A program made the translations under genes and the position numbers. DNA of 64,000 nucleotides, taken from an uncultured Actinomycetes bacterium. Its GTDB lineage: Bacteria > Actinomycetota > Thermoleophilia > RBG-16-64-13. Where the stretch lies: assembly GCA_963706025.1 (NCBI GenBank), contig CAVPLM010000008.1, positions 32,001 to 96,000 of the forward strand. Reading direction: 5' to 3'. How positions within the stretch are numbered: the first letter of the stretch is position 1; each line of letters starts with the position of its first letter. Of this stretch, positions 22,156 through 32,028 are shown piece after piece. The notes beneath the pieces are model-generated. The model had not been told where the DNA came from. It ran no database searches and was given only the letters and a program-made list of their open reading frames with translations.

Positions 22156-22205
22156 GGCAGTAAGGCGCGTGAGCACAGGTAACGCGAGCCAGAAAGAGGT
22201 GCGCC

Positions 22206-22688
22206 GTGAAAGCCAGATTCCTGCTACGTGGTCGAGTCAACCGGTGGCTGCTGGTCGCGGCGGTGGTGCTGGCCGCGGCCGCGGTGGCCGTGGGTGCATG
22301 CGGCGGTGGGAGTAGCGATACGGCTCTCCTAGACAAGCTGGGGGCGGCCTGGATCTCCAACGATGTCGCCGCGGCCAAGGAAGTCTACGCAGCCGATGCC
22401 GTCATCCAGTGGCCGGAAGGAAGCGAGCCCGCCGTGTCCACCGGCATCGATGCCATCACCAAACTGGTAGCAGACTACCCGGTCGACCCCACGCGGATTG
22501 GGGACGAAACATTCACCTACGTCCCCTCCGCCAAGGACATCGAGGCCCTGAGCGTGGCGTACAAAGGGGCGCAATTCATAGCCTACCCGGTGAGGGTAGG
22601 GCGCGATCTCTACATGTCGGTGATAGAGATCCGTGACGGGAGGGTAGCCAACCAGTGGGTGTCGTACATGTATCGCCCCACCCCGTAG
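22206..22688 (+). CDS. Lipoprotein with NTF2/SnoaL-like domain
   Basis: Signal peptide ending VGAC; DVAAAKEVYAADAVI, IEIRDGRVANQWV. Confidence 0.75.
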   Translation: MKARFLLRGRVNRWLLVAAVVLAAAAVAVGACGGGSSDTALLDKLGAAWISNDVAAAKEVYAADAVIQWPEGSEPAVSTGIDAITKLVADYPVDPTRIGDETFTYVPSAKDIEALSVAYKGAQFIAYPVRVGRDLYMSVIEIRDGRVANQWVSYMYRPTP

Positions 22689-22878
22689 ATCCCCCAGACC
22701 ATGTGCCAAAGACCGACCGAGCTTCCTCCATCGATCCCAACGGCTTGATCACCCGGGAGGAAGTGCTCTACGACGCCGACACAGCCTCCTGGCCTCCGGC
22801 CTCGTATGCTGAGCCTGGGAAGCCCTGGCAGCGCCCGGTGGGCACACCTCGGGCAACGGCAGGCCTTTTGGACAGCAT

Positions 22879-23019
22879 CGTTGTGCCGCGCAAGCGGTAC
22901 CGGGGGTTCGAATCCCACCTCTCCGCTTAGAAAAGCCAAGAACGGCATGTCGGGCCCGGCCCGGGTGGCCGGGTTTTCGCGTCTTCGAGGCGAGTTCGGG
23001 GGCAAGTCGGGGGCAAACT
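22879..23019 (+). repeat. tRNA-Ser 3' fragment plus full module
   Basis: CGTTGTGCCGCGCAAGCGGTACCGGGGGTTCGAATCCCACCTCTCCG, then AAAGCCAAGAACGGCA, hairpin-TTTT and GGCGAGTTCGGGGGCAAGTCGGGGGCAAACT. Confidence 0.92.
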
Positions 23020-23221
23020 AGGGAAAAAACGGGTGCTGGACGGACGCGTACAGTTCTGCTCCCGGGGACTGGCAATCAGTGGCCGCTGCTCTGGCTCAAA
23101 TCCTGGGGCTGCACTTGTCAGAACATAGCGTGATCTGGAGGTCCGGTGAGCATTGCCAAGCAGGACATGGAGATTCCTGCCTTCCGCCGACCGGCGAAGC
23201 CCCGGCGGCAACTCCTGGCGG

Positions 23222-25648
23222 TCAGCTTGACCGGTCTTGCTCCTGCTTGGCGAGGAAACGAGCAAGTGGGCGCTTTGCGAGCTCGGTGAAGAGCAGATAG
23301 AGCAGCGCGAGCCCCAGGATGGTGCCCAGGTGGGCCATCGTCGGCCTGGTGAACTCGAAGAACTCCGCAGTCCAGGGGATGAGAGGCAGAGCTACGGTAA
23401 TGACGAGCGCGGCCGCCGAGAGATACACGACGAGCGGCGCCGGCCAGCCAGCCTTCTCGATCGGCAGCATCGACCGAATCGAAAACAGAAGAAGGAGTTC
23501 GGTGATCACGCTGGCGATGAACCAGTTGGTCTGCAGCACTTCCGGCGAGATCTGGTAGAAGAGACCGAAATAGAGGAAGTCAAAGACTGTGCTTATGAGC
23601 CCCAGAGTTATGAAGATGATGTAGAGCGAACGAAAATCGTAGCGCTGCGGGCGGGCCACTTCCTGCTCCGAGACGCGGTCAAAGGCGATGGCCATCATGG
23701 GAAAATCAGAGAGAAGATTGAGCAGCAGCAACTGCTTGGGTAGCATGGGCAGGAAACTGATAAAAAGCGACCCGATGGCTACCGCATAGAAGTTGCCGAA
23801 GTTGGATATGAGCGTGGCCCGGATGTATTTGAGCGTGTTCGCGTGCGTCTCCCGCCCCACGCGGATGCCGCCGACGATCACGCGCAGGTCGTTCTTCAGA
23901 AGGACGATGTCCGCGGTCTCGCGGGCTACATCCGCCGCTGATTCCACCACCATGGAGGCGTGCGCAGCCTTGAGGGCCGGTGCGTCGTTTATGCCCTCGC
24001 CCAGAAAGCCTACGGTGAACTGCTCCTTGAGAAGTTCTATCAGCTCCAGCTTCTGTTCGGGTCTGGTGCGGGCAAATACGCGGATCGCGCCGACCCGACT
24101 GTGCTGCTCGTGAACGGGTAGGGCCAGGAACGCCGTCGCCTCCATCACTTCGTCGGGGTCGGTCACCAGTCCCGCATCTCGTCCCACGGCTTCGGCAACC
24201 ATCAAGGCATCGCCGGTGATGATGGTTATCGCTACGTTAAGGCGCCTGGCCTCCGCCACCGTCTCAAGAGTGGTGGCCTTGAGCTTATCCTCGAACGAGA
24301 CAAAGCCGCCGAACTGAGTGGCGCCGTCCGCCGAGTAGCTCACGCCCAGCACCCGATGGCCGTGCCGCTCTTCGTCCGCGAGCCAGTCCGCCACCTGCCC
24401 ATGATCGATCAGTCCCTGTTCGAAGAAGTACTCAGGGCTGCCCCGCCGGACACGCAGCTGGAGCCCATCATCGCGGCGCACCACGGCTCCGTTGCTGCGG
24501 AGCGCGGGATCGAAGGCCTCTTCTTCCAGCAACTCGAAACGGCCCACCTCGGCTCGCTGCTCAGAGGAGAGTCCTTCGTCCGCCGCCCGATCGAAAGGTT
24601 CGGGGATGCGTTCTTCCAGATCGTGAGCGGCCAGGCGGGCAAGCACCAGCGGATGGAAGCCTGATGCCGAAACCAGATAGTCGTTCACGTGGACCAGGCG
24701 GTTCTCGGTGATGGTGCCGGTCTTGTCGGTACAGAGCAGATTGACCGATCCGAGATCCTGCACGGCGGAAAGGCGCTTGACGATCACGTCGTTCTGAGCA
24801 AACTGGAGGGCGCCGCGCGAAAGGGAGAAGGTGAGGACCAAGGGTAGGGCCTCGGGGATGACGGAGACCGCCAGGGCGATGGCGAAGATGAGCAGGTGCG
24901 AAATATCCGTATCGCCGCCTTCGATAAGGATGTTCGCGACAACGATGAACACGAGGGTGATGATGGTCATCCGCAGGATGAACTTGCTGATGCGATCGAC
25001 CCCTTTTACGAGTTCGCTCTCGGCCTGGACCGAGGAGGCCTTCGCGGATATGGCGGCAAGTTGCGTGTTCACGCCGATGGCGGTGACTTCCGCCAGCGCG
25101 TTGCCGCGGACTATGACCACTCCCTGCAGGAGGCGATGCTCGTCAGTCACATTTTGAGCTGCAGCGGGGGCAGCCTGTTTGGCCACGGGAATGCTCTCGC
25201 CGGTGAAGGTGGTCTCGTCCACGAGCAGGTCGCGGGCTTCCCGCACGATGGCGTCCGCAGGGACGATGTCGCCCGATTCCAGTTTCAGGATGTCGCCGGG
25301 GACGAGCTCCTCAGTCGGCACTTCCTGTTCTTTACCGTCACGCCGGACGGTGACCGTGCGCACGAGGTATGACTTGAGCTTGTCCGCGGCAGCGTTTGCC
25401 TTGTACTCTTGAAACACGTTGAGTCCGGTCCCAACGAAAACAAAGAACAAGATGAACGAGGCATCGATGGGCTCGCCCAGCGCCAAGGTCACAGCGGCCG
25501 CAGCCAGCAGCAGAAGATTGAAGATGCCTCGGAACTGCCTCAGGATCAGCCGAGCCAGGCGATATCGCGGCTCGGGTAGGGCATTGGGCCCATAGCGAGA
25601 GCGGCGCTCCGTGACTTCAGTTGAAGAGAGTCCTTCTAGCTCGCGCAT
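23222..25648 (-). CDS. P-type ATPase, MgtA-like cation transporter
   Basis: TGES, IPEALP, CTDKTGTIT, ITGD, GEGINDAPAL, SNFGN motifs. Confidence 0.93.
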   Translation of the reverse strand: MRELEGLSSTEVTERRSRYGPNALPEPRYRLARLILRQFRGIFNLLLLAAAAVTLALGEPIDASFILFFVFVGTGLNVFQEYKANAAADKLKSYLVRTVTVRRDGKEQEVPTEELVPGDILKLESGDIVPADAIVREARDLLVDETTFTGESIPVAKQAAPAAAQNVTDEHRLLQGVVIVRGNALAEVTAIGVNTQLAAISAKASSVQAESELVKGVDRISKFILRMTIITLVFIVVANILIEGGDTDISHLLIFAIALAVSVIPEALPLVLTFSLSRGALQFAQNDVIVKRLSAVQDLGSVNLLCTDKTGTITENRLVHVNDYLVSASGFHPLVLARLAAHDLEERIPEPFDRAADEGLSSEQRAEVGRFELLEEEAFDPALRSNGAVVRRDDGLQLRVRRGSPEYFFEQGLIDHGQVADWLADEERHGHRVLGVSYSADGATQFGGFVSFEDKLKATTLETVAEARRLNVAITIITGDALMVAEAVGRDAGLVTDPDEVMEATAFLALPVHEQHSRVGAIRVFARTRPEQKLELIELLKEQFTVGFLGEGINDAPALKAAHASMVVESAADVARETADIVLLKNDLRVIVGGIRVGRETHANTLKYIRATLISNFGNFYAVAIGSLFISFLPMLPKQLLLLNLLSDFPMMAIAFDRVSEQEVARPQRYDFRSLYIIFITLGLISTVFDFLYFGLFYQISPEVLQTNWFIASVITELLLLFSIRSMLPIEKAGWPAPLVVYLSAAALVITVALPLIPWTAEFFEFTRPTMAHLGTILGLALLYLLFTELAKRPLARFLAKQEQDRSS

Positions 25649-25951
25649 GACCCTTCCTTGTTTCGACCCCGGTTCGGGCCGGCTTCGAGAGTTCTCTGTC
25701 CGCAACTTTAGCCCACTCAGACGAGAACGGCGTACTGGGCCGCCTCATACCTCCCCCGCCGGAGAACCGCCGCGTTGCGAAGACGCGGTGAGCGATGGGG
25801 CAGGCAACCAGACAGGCGAAGCGGGCCACTACCATGCCAGGGCGATGGTCCGCCCGGATCTAGACGTGCTGGAGCTCATGCGCGCCTGTCTGCGTGCGTC
25901 GTTGTCGGAGCGTGGTTTCGAACTCCCCGAGGGCTTTTCGACCCAAACCCA

Positions 25952-26100
25952 AAAACCGTTGTGCGCCTTTGGCGGTACCGGGGTTCGAATCCCCCCTTCT
26001 CCGCTTGGGAAAGCTGGGAATCGGGTTTGGGGACCCGGTCCGCATGGCCGGGTTTTCGCGTCTTTCAGGCGAGTTCGGTGGCAGGTCGGGGGCAAACTCG
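25952..26100 (+). repeat. Variant tRNA-Ser 3' fragment plus full module
   Basis: AAAACCGTTGTGCGCCTTTGGCGGTACCGGGGTTCGAATCCCCCCTTCTCCG, ACCCGGTC..GGCCGGGT-TTT hairpin, GGCGAGTTCGGTGGCAGGTCGGGGGCAAACTCG. Confidence 0.9.
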
Positions 26101-26265
26101 TCAACACGCCAGCACGAAACGGACGAAGACGGACTCCCACTCACGAGTCAGCGTGCGGCGCGCCGGTCATCAGCGAGCCTGTCACCAGGCGCCGGCGACG
26201 CTTGTGTGTCCAACACCCCATGCTAGAGTGAGTTCGTCTGGTCTTCGTAACCATTCGCACCAGGG

Positions 26266-27927
26266 GTGATGACGATGGCAGAACGTAGGCAAGCCACCGA
26301 CCTTTCCTATTCATCGTTGATGAGGGAAGGCGGTGCGGCAGACAACGGATCAACATCGAAGACGCTGCGGTTCATGGTAGGGAGGCTATCTATGGCCTCC
26401 TCACCCGGACTGGTCAAGCTCGCCAATAGTCGTGTCGTCCAGGGAGTGGTCGCCCGGGAAGTGCAGAAGTATCTGCTGAGCAAGCTCAAGGCTTCTCGCT
26501 CAGATTCCCGCTATCTGCCGAGCGTTCAAGATGATCGCATAGCCATGGGGATAGCCATCATGGAATCGCTTCGTCGTGGCCTGAGAGGAAAGCATCTCTC
26601 GGACGCCTTTCTACGAGGGATGCTCCAGGTCCTGATCAAGACACTCTTCCTTGATCGGGGGAATCCAGAACAGCAGCAGCAGTTCCAGGAAGCCTTCGGC
26701 AAGCGGGCTCCGAGCTTCCTACTAATGGCCCCCGGGAAAGCCTGCAACCTTCGCTGCCCGGGCTGCTATTCCGACTCGGACGACAACAGGAACAAGCTCG
26801 AATGGAGCCTCGTCGATCGCATCATGGAAGAGGCCAAGAGCCTGTGGGGAGAGCGGTTCTTCGTCATCAGCGGCGGAGAGCCCTTTGTCTACCGTTCCGA
26901 AGGCAAGGACATCATGGAGCTTTTCGAGAAGCACCAGGACTGCTTCTTCATGGTCTATACGAACGGTACCCTCATCGATGATCGAGTCAGCAAGCGACTC
27001 TCCGAAGCCGGCAATGCGCTGTTGTGCCTTTCGGTGGAAGGCTTCAGGGAGCGCACCGACGCACGTCGGGGTGCCGGGGTATTCGACCGGGTCTGCGAGA
27101 CAATGGACCGGCTAAATCGGGACAGGGTGCCCTTCGGCATCTCGTTGACGGCCACGCGCGACAACGTGGAAGAGATCCTGTCAGACGAGTTCATAGACTT
27201 CATGATGAAAAAGGGCGCCTTACTGGGCTTCATTTTCCACTACATGCCCATTGGCCGCTCCTTCTCCCTTGATCTGATGCCGACCCCGGAACAACGGGCC
27301 TGGATGTGGAAACGTTCGTGGGAGATCGTGCGAGAGAAGCAGCTCTTCCTGCCCGACTTCTGGAACCACGGTACGTGTGTCGATGGCTGCATAGCTGCCG
27401 GAGGGCATGGCCAGGGCGGCTATTTCTACATAGACTGGAACGGCGCCGTGACGCCGTGCGTGTTCATGCCTTACTCCCCGGTGAACATCCACGATGTGTA
27501 CGCGCGAGGCAGGACGCTGAACGACGTGTGGCAAGAGCCCTTCTTCCAAGCCGTTCGCCAGTGGCAGTACGAGTACATCGACGACGGGAGGAGCATGTTG
27601 GCCCCATGCCCCAACCGCGACCATCACGATGAGCTGGAACGATTGCTGATTGAGTACGAACCAGAGCCGACCGACACCAACGCTGCCGAGACACTGATAG
27701 ACCGCGAATACACGCGCGGGTTGGTGGCCTACAGCCGGAGACTCGAAGCGATCACGGGTGGCATCTGGGAGAAGCACTACTTGCAGCGCAAGGCTGCCGA
27801 GAACGAGCTCTTTGCTCCGTTGCCAGACATACCGGTCGTCGAGGAAACAGCGCCTCACGAGGAGTGTGGGTATCCCGAAGAACCAGACGGCGTGCCACGG
27901 TCGGAAAGCACGAGCGTCCCCGTCTGA
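26266..27927 (+). CDS. Radical SAM/SPASM-like protein
   Basis: CNLRCPGC, SGGEPF, YTNGTLID, GCIAAG..YFYIDWNGAVTPCVF. Confidence 0.93.
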   Translation: MMTMAERRQATDLSYSSLMREGGAADNGSTSKTLRFMVGRLSMASSPGLVKLANSRVVQGVVAREVQKYLLSKLKASRSDSRYLPSVQDDRIAMGIAIMESLRRGLRGKHLSDAFLRGMLQVLIKTLFLDRGNPEQQQQFQEAFGKRAPSFLLMAPGKACNLRCPGCYSDSDDNRNKLEWSLVDRIMEEAKSLWGERFFVISGGEPFVYRSEGKDIMELFEKHQDCFFMVYTNGTLIDDRVSKRLSEAGNALLCLSVEGFRERTDARRGAGVFDRVCETMDRLNRDRVPFGISLTATRDNVEEILSDEFIDFMMKKGALLGFIFHYMPIGRSFSLDLMPTPEQRAWMWKRSWEIVREKQLFLPDFWNHGTCVDGCIAAGGHGQGGYFYIDWNGAVTPCVFMPYSPVNIHDVYARGRTLNDVWQEPFFQAVRQWQYEYIDDGRSMLAPCPNRDHHDELERLLIEYEPEPTDTNAAETLIDREYTRGLVAYSRRLEAITGGIWEKHYLQRKAAENELFAPLPDIPVVEETAPHEECGYPEEPDGVPRSESTSVPV

Positions 27928-28230
27928 TCCTGTTCCTGGATACATCGTCTCATGTGGCTAGCCCCCCGCGAAGCGGCCGATCGCAAGGGCGCAGTCGATG
28001 TGGCGGCCGGCTTCCATTGGGCAAGAGGACACCGGACCACATAGCGGCACGAGCTTGCGCCCGTCGCTGCGACGAGGCTGGGAATGGCCGCCCTGGACAC
28101 ACGCGGACGCAGAGGCGTAGGATGAATGCGGCAGCGGACCTCGGCGACTGGAATACAGCTGCAGGTTATGCCGGCCGTAGGCGTTATCCGACGAGCCGTC
28201 TTCAGTCCGTTACGCGAAGGGGGGTGGCAC

Positions 28231-28764
28231 GTGGGCAAGCAGAAGCTGATACTCCTGCTCATCAACGTCATTGGGGGGATCGCTGTCATCGGCAGCTACA
28301 TCCTCGGGCTGAGCGGGGATTCGGGCACGGATGTGCTCTGGGGCGGAGTCCCGGAGAGCATCCGGCCCGTCTACGCGGTCTCCATGGTCTTCTCAGCCAT
28401 CGGGTATTTCGCCTTCCTCAACCTGCTCCTCCTGCGCGTGGACCCCAAGGAGGTGACCGTAGGCCGCCGCTTCGGGTACAGCATCTTCTATCCTATCTTC
28501 GTCCTGATTCTTATCCCCTCAGCCTTCTGGATGCCGCTCACCAACCTGTACGTGGACGATCCCAGCAGTGGTACCTGGGCGGGCATCCGCGTCGTGCTGT
28601 TCCTGGTGGGGCTGGCCTCCATCGCGCTGGCGTGGGCCCTGTTTACTCTTCGGCCGGGAAACCGAGGCAAGGCCTACTGGGCGGCCGTAGTGGGTAGCTG
28701 CTATTTCGCCTTCCACACCTTCGTGCTGGACGCGATCCTGTGGGCCGCGCTGTTCCAGAGCTGA
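28231..28764 (+). CDS. Hypothetical multi-TM membrane protein
   Basis: About five hydrophobic helices; GTG start with a G-rich RBS. Confidence 0.75.
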   Translation: MGKQKLILLLINVIGGIAVIGSYILGLSGDSGTDVLWGGVPESIRPVYAVSMVFSAIGYFAFLNLLLLRVDPKEVTVGRRFGYSIFYPIFVLILIPSAFWMPLTNLYVDDPSSGTWAGIRVVLFLVGLASIALAWALFTLRPGNRGKAYWAAVVGSCYFAFHTFVLDAILWAALFQS

Positions 28765-28786
28765 CCAAGCTCCCGACGGTCCATCG

Positions 28787-29542
28787 CTAGTTGCCGGTCG
28801 AGGCGAGCGCGCGTAGCAGGCGCAGGGTGGCGGCTACGGTCTGGCTCTGCTGGTCTTCACGACTGATCGTGGCGACCCCGTCCCCAGGCTGCTCTCCATA
28901 CCAGCCGAACTGAGCGTGGTTGCCGCCGTCGACGATCACGAACTCGGCGCCCCCGGGCAGCAGGGGCGTCGTCCGAACGATGTCATCCGGAGTCGTCAGG
29001 CCGTCTTCGGTCGCAGAGACCGAGGTCACCCGGCCTTCCCAGGGAGAGAGATCGTCGCCGGACGAAGGATAGGCCGCCCACAATACGAGGCCCTCTACCG
29101 CTGGGGGATCCGAGGCCACGAAGGCAGCGGCCATGGCTCCCCCCAGTGAATGCCCGCCCACGGCCCACCGGCGGATCTCGGGGAACTCTGCGATGACATC
29201 CGCAGCCCGATCGGAGTCCAATACGGCCAGGTTGAGGGGCATGGGCGCAATTGCGACCAAGAAGCCCTGCGCAGCCAGGGCGCGCATGGCAGGAGCGTAG
29301 GAAACCGGGTCGATGCGGGCCCCGGGATAGAAGACGAGACCTATGGTCGGGGTCGTCTCGTTCGGCCGGAACAGGATCACATCGTCCTGGATGACCGTCA
29401 CCTGCTCGTCCGTCACCATGGCCGCGACCGCCTCGGGCATCGGTCCCAAGGGGGTCTCCGCCCAAATCACGAAACCTAGCACGGCTGCGAGCACCACCGC
29501 GCCAAGCGCGACCAGCGCCCACACCCACCATCTGCGCTTCAC
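28787..29542 (-). CDS. Alpha/beta hydrolase (Abhydrolase_5)
   Basis: FYPGARIDP, GGHSLGG, GGNHAQFGWYG; N-terminal TM anchor. Confidence 0.92.
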   Translation of the reverse strand: MKRRWWVWALVALGAVVLAAVLGFVIWAETPLGPMPEAVAAMVTDEQVTVIQDDVILFRPNETTPTIGLVFYPGARIDPVSYAPAMRALAAQGFLVAIAPMPLNLAVLDSDRAADVIAEFPEIRRWAVGGHSLGGAMAAAFVASDPPAVEGLVLWAAYPSSGDDLSPWEGRVTSVSATEDGLTTPDDIVRTTPLLPGGAEFVIVDGGNHAQFGWYGEQPGDGVATISREDQQSQTVAATLRLLRALASTGN

Positions 29543-29564
29543 CGTGATGCCCCCAGCACGGCTG

Positions 29565-30562
29565 CGCGCTACCGCTGCCTACGTCCGAGGAAGGGGACCA
29601 GGACCGGTGTCCGCCGTTTGTAGGCCTCGTACGCTTCCTGGCCGCCCCAGGTCGTGTCGGCCTTCTTCTCAAGGAGCGGCACGCCGCTCACCCGGGTGAT
29701 GAGCAGATAGACGAAGACCGGCGAGATGAGCGTCACGAACTGCCAGCCCCGCAGCACCGGCAGGGCGATGAGGGCGATGCCGATCCAGAGGGTGATCTCC
29801 CCGAAGTAGTTGGGGTGCCGGGAGATGGCCCACACACCCGAGGTGATGAACGAGCCCTGGTGGGCAGGGTCGGCCCGGAAACGGCTCTTCTCGAGGTCGG
29901 CGACGGCTTCGAGCCCGAAACCGATCGCCCACACCCCCAGGCCTACGAACGCGAAGCAGGTCGAGTCCCTGGGGCTCGGTCGAGGTCACGGCCGCCAGCG
30001 CGGCGGCCAGGGTCAGGCTCACCCACAGCCCTTGCAGCGTCCAGGTCATAAAGAGGCGGGGAGCGGAGCGCTTGATCTCATCGAAGCGGTCGTCCTTGCC
30101 CGCTCGGCGCACCCGGCGAAAGAGGAAGGGTCCCAAACGTCCGGCCCACACGAGTACCAGCACCAGCAGCAGGATGGAGCGGGCGTCGCTGGCCCCGCTC
30201 AAAACGACGGCAAGCACGATGCCCGAGATGTAGGTGAAGCTGCCGGTAAGATCGTAGAAGCGCTCGGTCTGCCCGAGGTAGGAGGGTACGAAGGCCAGCC
30301 ACTGCACGAGGAAGGCGTAGCCGACGATAAGCGCGAAGACCGGCATGACCCCAACAGTGACCCCACCCTGGGAGCCGGCCCAGGCGACCAGGCCGGCGAC
30401 CAGAACGACCACGAGCGAAGCGGCGATCGACGAGGCGCTCTTTTTGCCGGCCATCTGCTGCTCCTCGGGGACGGTATTCGGTGCGCGCGAACTCGAAAGC
30501 CATGGTAGCAGGACGCGTCGGGCGAGTTCGGGGGCAACTCGGGGGCAGACTCGCAGGCACTC
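29565..30562. repeat. ~1 kb duplication (partner 57707-58704) ending in the GGGGGCAA motif at 30520-30553
   Basis: Near-identical by eye, about 10 substitutions. Confidence 0.95.
29569..30454 (-). CDS. DUF1295 (steroid 5-alpha-reductase-like) membrane protein, copy 1, frameshift near 29957
   Basis: ERFYDLTGS, GKDDRFDEIK, WTLQGLWV, then in the +1 frame SRHPNYFGEI, SGVPLLEK. Confidence 0.85.
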
Positions 30563-30656
30563 AGTTCGTTCATGTGTGAAGTACGTCCGCTCGGCGGGTG
30601 CAGAGGTATACTCATTAGTAGGAAGTCAGCTCCTGCATCTCACGGGGGAGCGGGAA

Positions 30657-31001
30657 ATGAGGAAAGCAGCAGCGGCTCTGGGACTGTTCGGTGGCTGGTG
30701 GGGTCTGATCTTCGCCGTCGTAGCCGCCACGGAGACAAGGGACTTTTCGACACCAACCCCATGGTTGCCCCTGGTCGCCATCGTAATGTGCGTGGCGGGT
30801 CTTGTGGCTACGGCTCTGGCGCTAAGCCGTCCACAACCTTCCTGGATCATCATGGGGGCCGCCGGTGTGCTGCTTGTCGTGGCTACTTTGGTCTCCTATA
30901 CGTCCTACTCAGATCAGTCGGATCTCTGGCGCTGGCTACTCCCCGGAATCCTTCTCATCGCGGGGTCAGCCCTCGAGTTTGCGGTCGGACGAGCAAGGTG
31001 A
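30657..31001 (+). CDS. Four-TM membrane protein
   Basis: GGGAG RBS; hydrophobic helices. Confidence 0.7.
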   Translation: MRKAAAALGLFGGWWGLIFAVVAATETRDFSTPTPWLPLVAIVMCVAGLVATALALSRPQPSWIIMGAAGVLLVVATLVSYTSYSDQSDLWRWLLPGILLIAGSALEFAVGRAR

Positions 31002-31113
31002 AAGGTGTTGCCCAAAGCTCACCGTGAACCGTAGGAAGCGCCCTATGGATTTCAGCGAACCCGCGCCAAAGGCGAAGGAATAGCGACCGGGTTAGGGAGA
31101 CAGTTGAAGCTCC

Positions 31114-31253
31114 TGCGCCCTCGGCGTACCGGGGGTTCGAATCCCCCCCTTTCCGCTTCCGCAGGCCAAGAACGGCACGGCAGCGCCTGGCCCATGAGGT
31201 CGAGCTTCTCGCTTCATTCGGGCGAGTTCGGGGGCAACTCGGGGGAAACTCGA
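31114..31253 (+). repeat. Variant tRNA-Ser 3' fragment plus module
   Basis: GCGCCCTCGGCGTACCGGGGGTTCGAATCCCCCCCTTTCCG, GCCAAGAACGGCA, GGCGAGTTCGGGGGCAACTCGGGGGAAACTCG. Confidence 0.88.
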
Positions 31254-31500
31254 CGGCACGCAAAACGGGTACCGGGACTTGACACTCGACAGCACGGAAA
31301 GAGACGAGACGGACGAGGACACCGAATGGCAGCCATGCTTCTCCCACCATGCGGGTATAGAATCAGATTGGACCTGTGGCAAATGTTCCAGGGCCGAGAT
31401 AGGCCCTCCGAATAGGCAGCATAACGGAGTACGATTCTCGGATGGTTTATTCATTGGCCGTATATCGGGTGGGAACGCCAACTCGGATCTTAGTAATACC

Positions 31501-31890
31501 TTGCTAAACTCAAAGGTGCTTCTCAGATATGCTGTCCTTCACCTCGCAGAGCTGGCACTACTAGTCGGCGCGCTGGTTGTGGTCAAGCGCTTCATAGGTA
31601 TCTCCACCTGGCTAATCATTACTATTCTGGCACTATGGATAATCAAGGATATGGTCATGTTCACCAAAGTTTGGAGGGCCTATTCCTCTGAGGATAATGA
31701 TCCTATGAGGCAGCTCATAGGTTTAGAGGCGACCGTAATGGTTAGCCTTAACCCGATTGGATATGTGAGAGCAAGAGGCGAGCTGTGGAAAGCGGAGGTC
31801 AGAAATCCTCTTTATCCTGCGAAAAGGGGCGAGAGAACGAGAGTGATTGATATCAAAGGAATGACACTGATAGTAGAGAGGTGCAACGAT
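31501..31890 (+). CDS. NfeD-like C-terminal domain protein, low GC, native stop apparently lost
   Basis: Two TM helices, then LIGLEATVMVSLNPIGYVRARGELWKAE...VIDIKGMTLIVE; the ORF runs on into the convergent gene. Confidence 0.7.
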
Positions 31891-32028
31891 GATCCAGCGC
31901 CGCTCGTCCAAGACCGCGATGTGTCCCTGGCAGTGCCCGGGAACCTCGTAGATCCGGAGTGTCACCCCACCGAGGTCGATCGTGTCTCTCTCACCGACCG
32001 ACCGGGGCCGCGCGCACCGGAGTCGCCG

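Noticed and set aside
22807-22836. Possible conserved right-arm motif before att fragments (CTRAGCCTGGGA..CAGCGCCC, also near 40296-40326)
   Set aside because: Seen in only two of nine sites at different distances; insufficient support.
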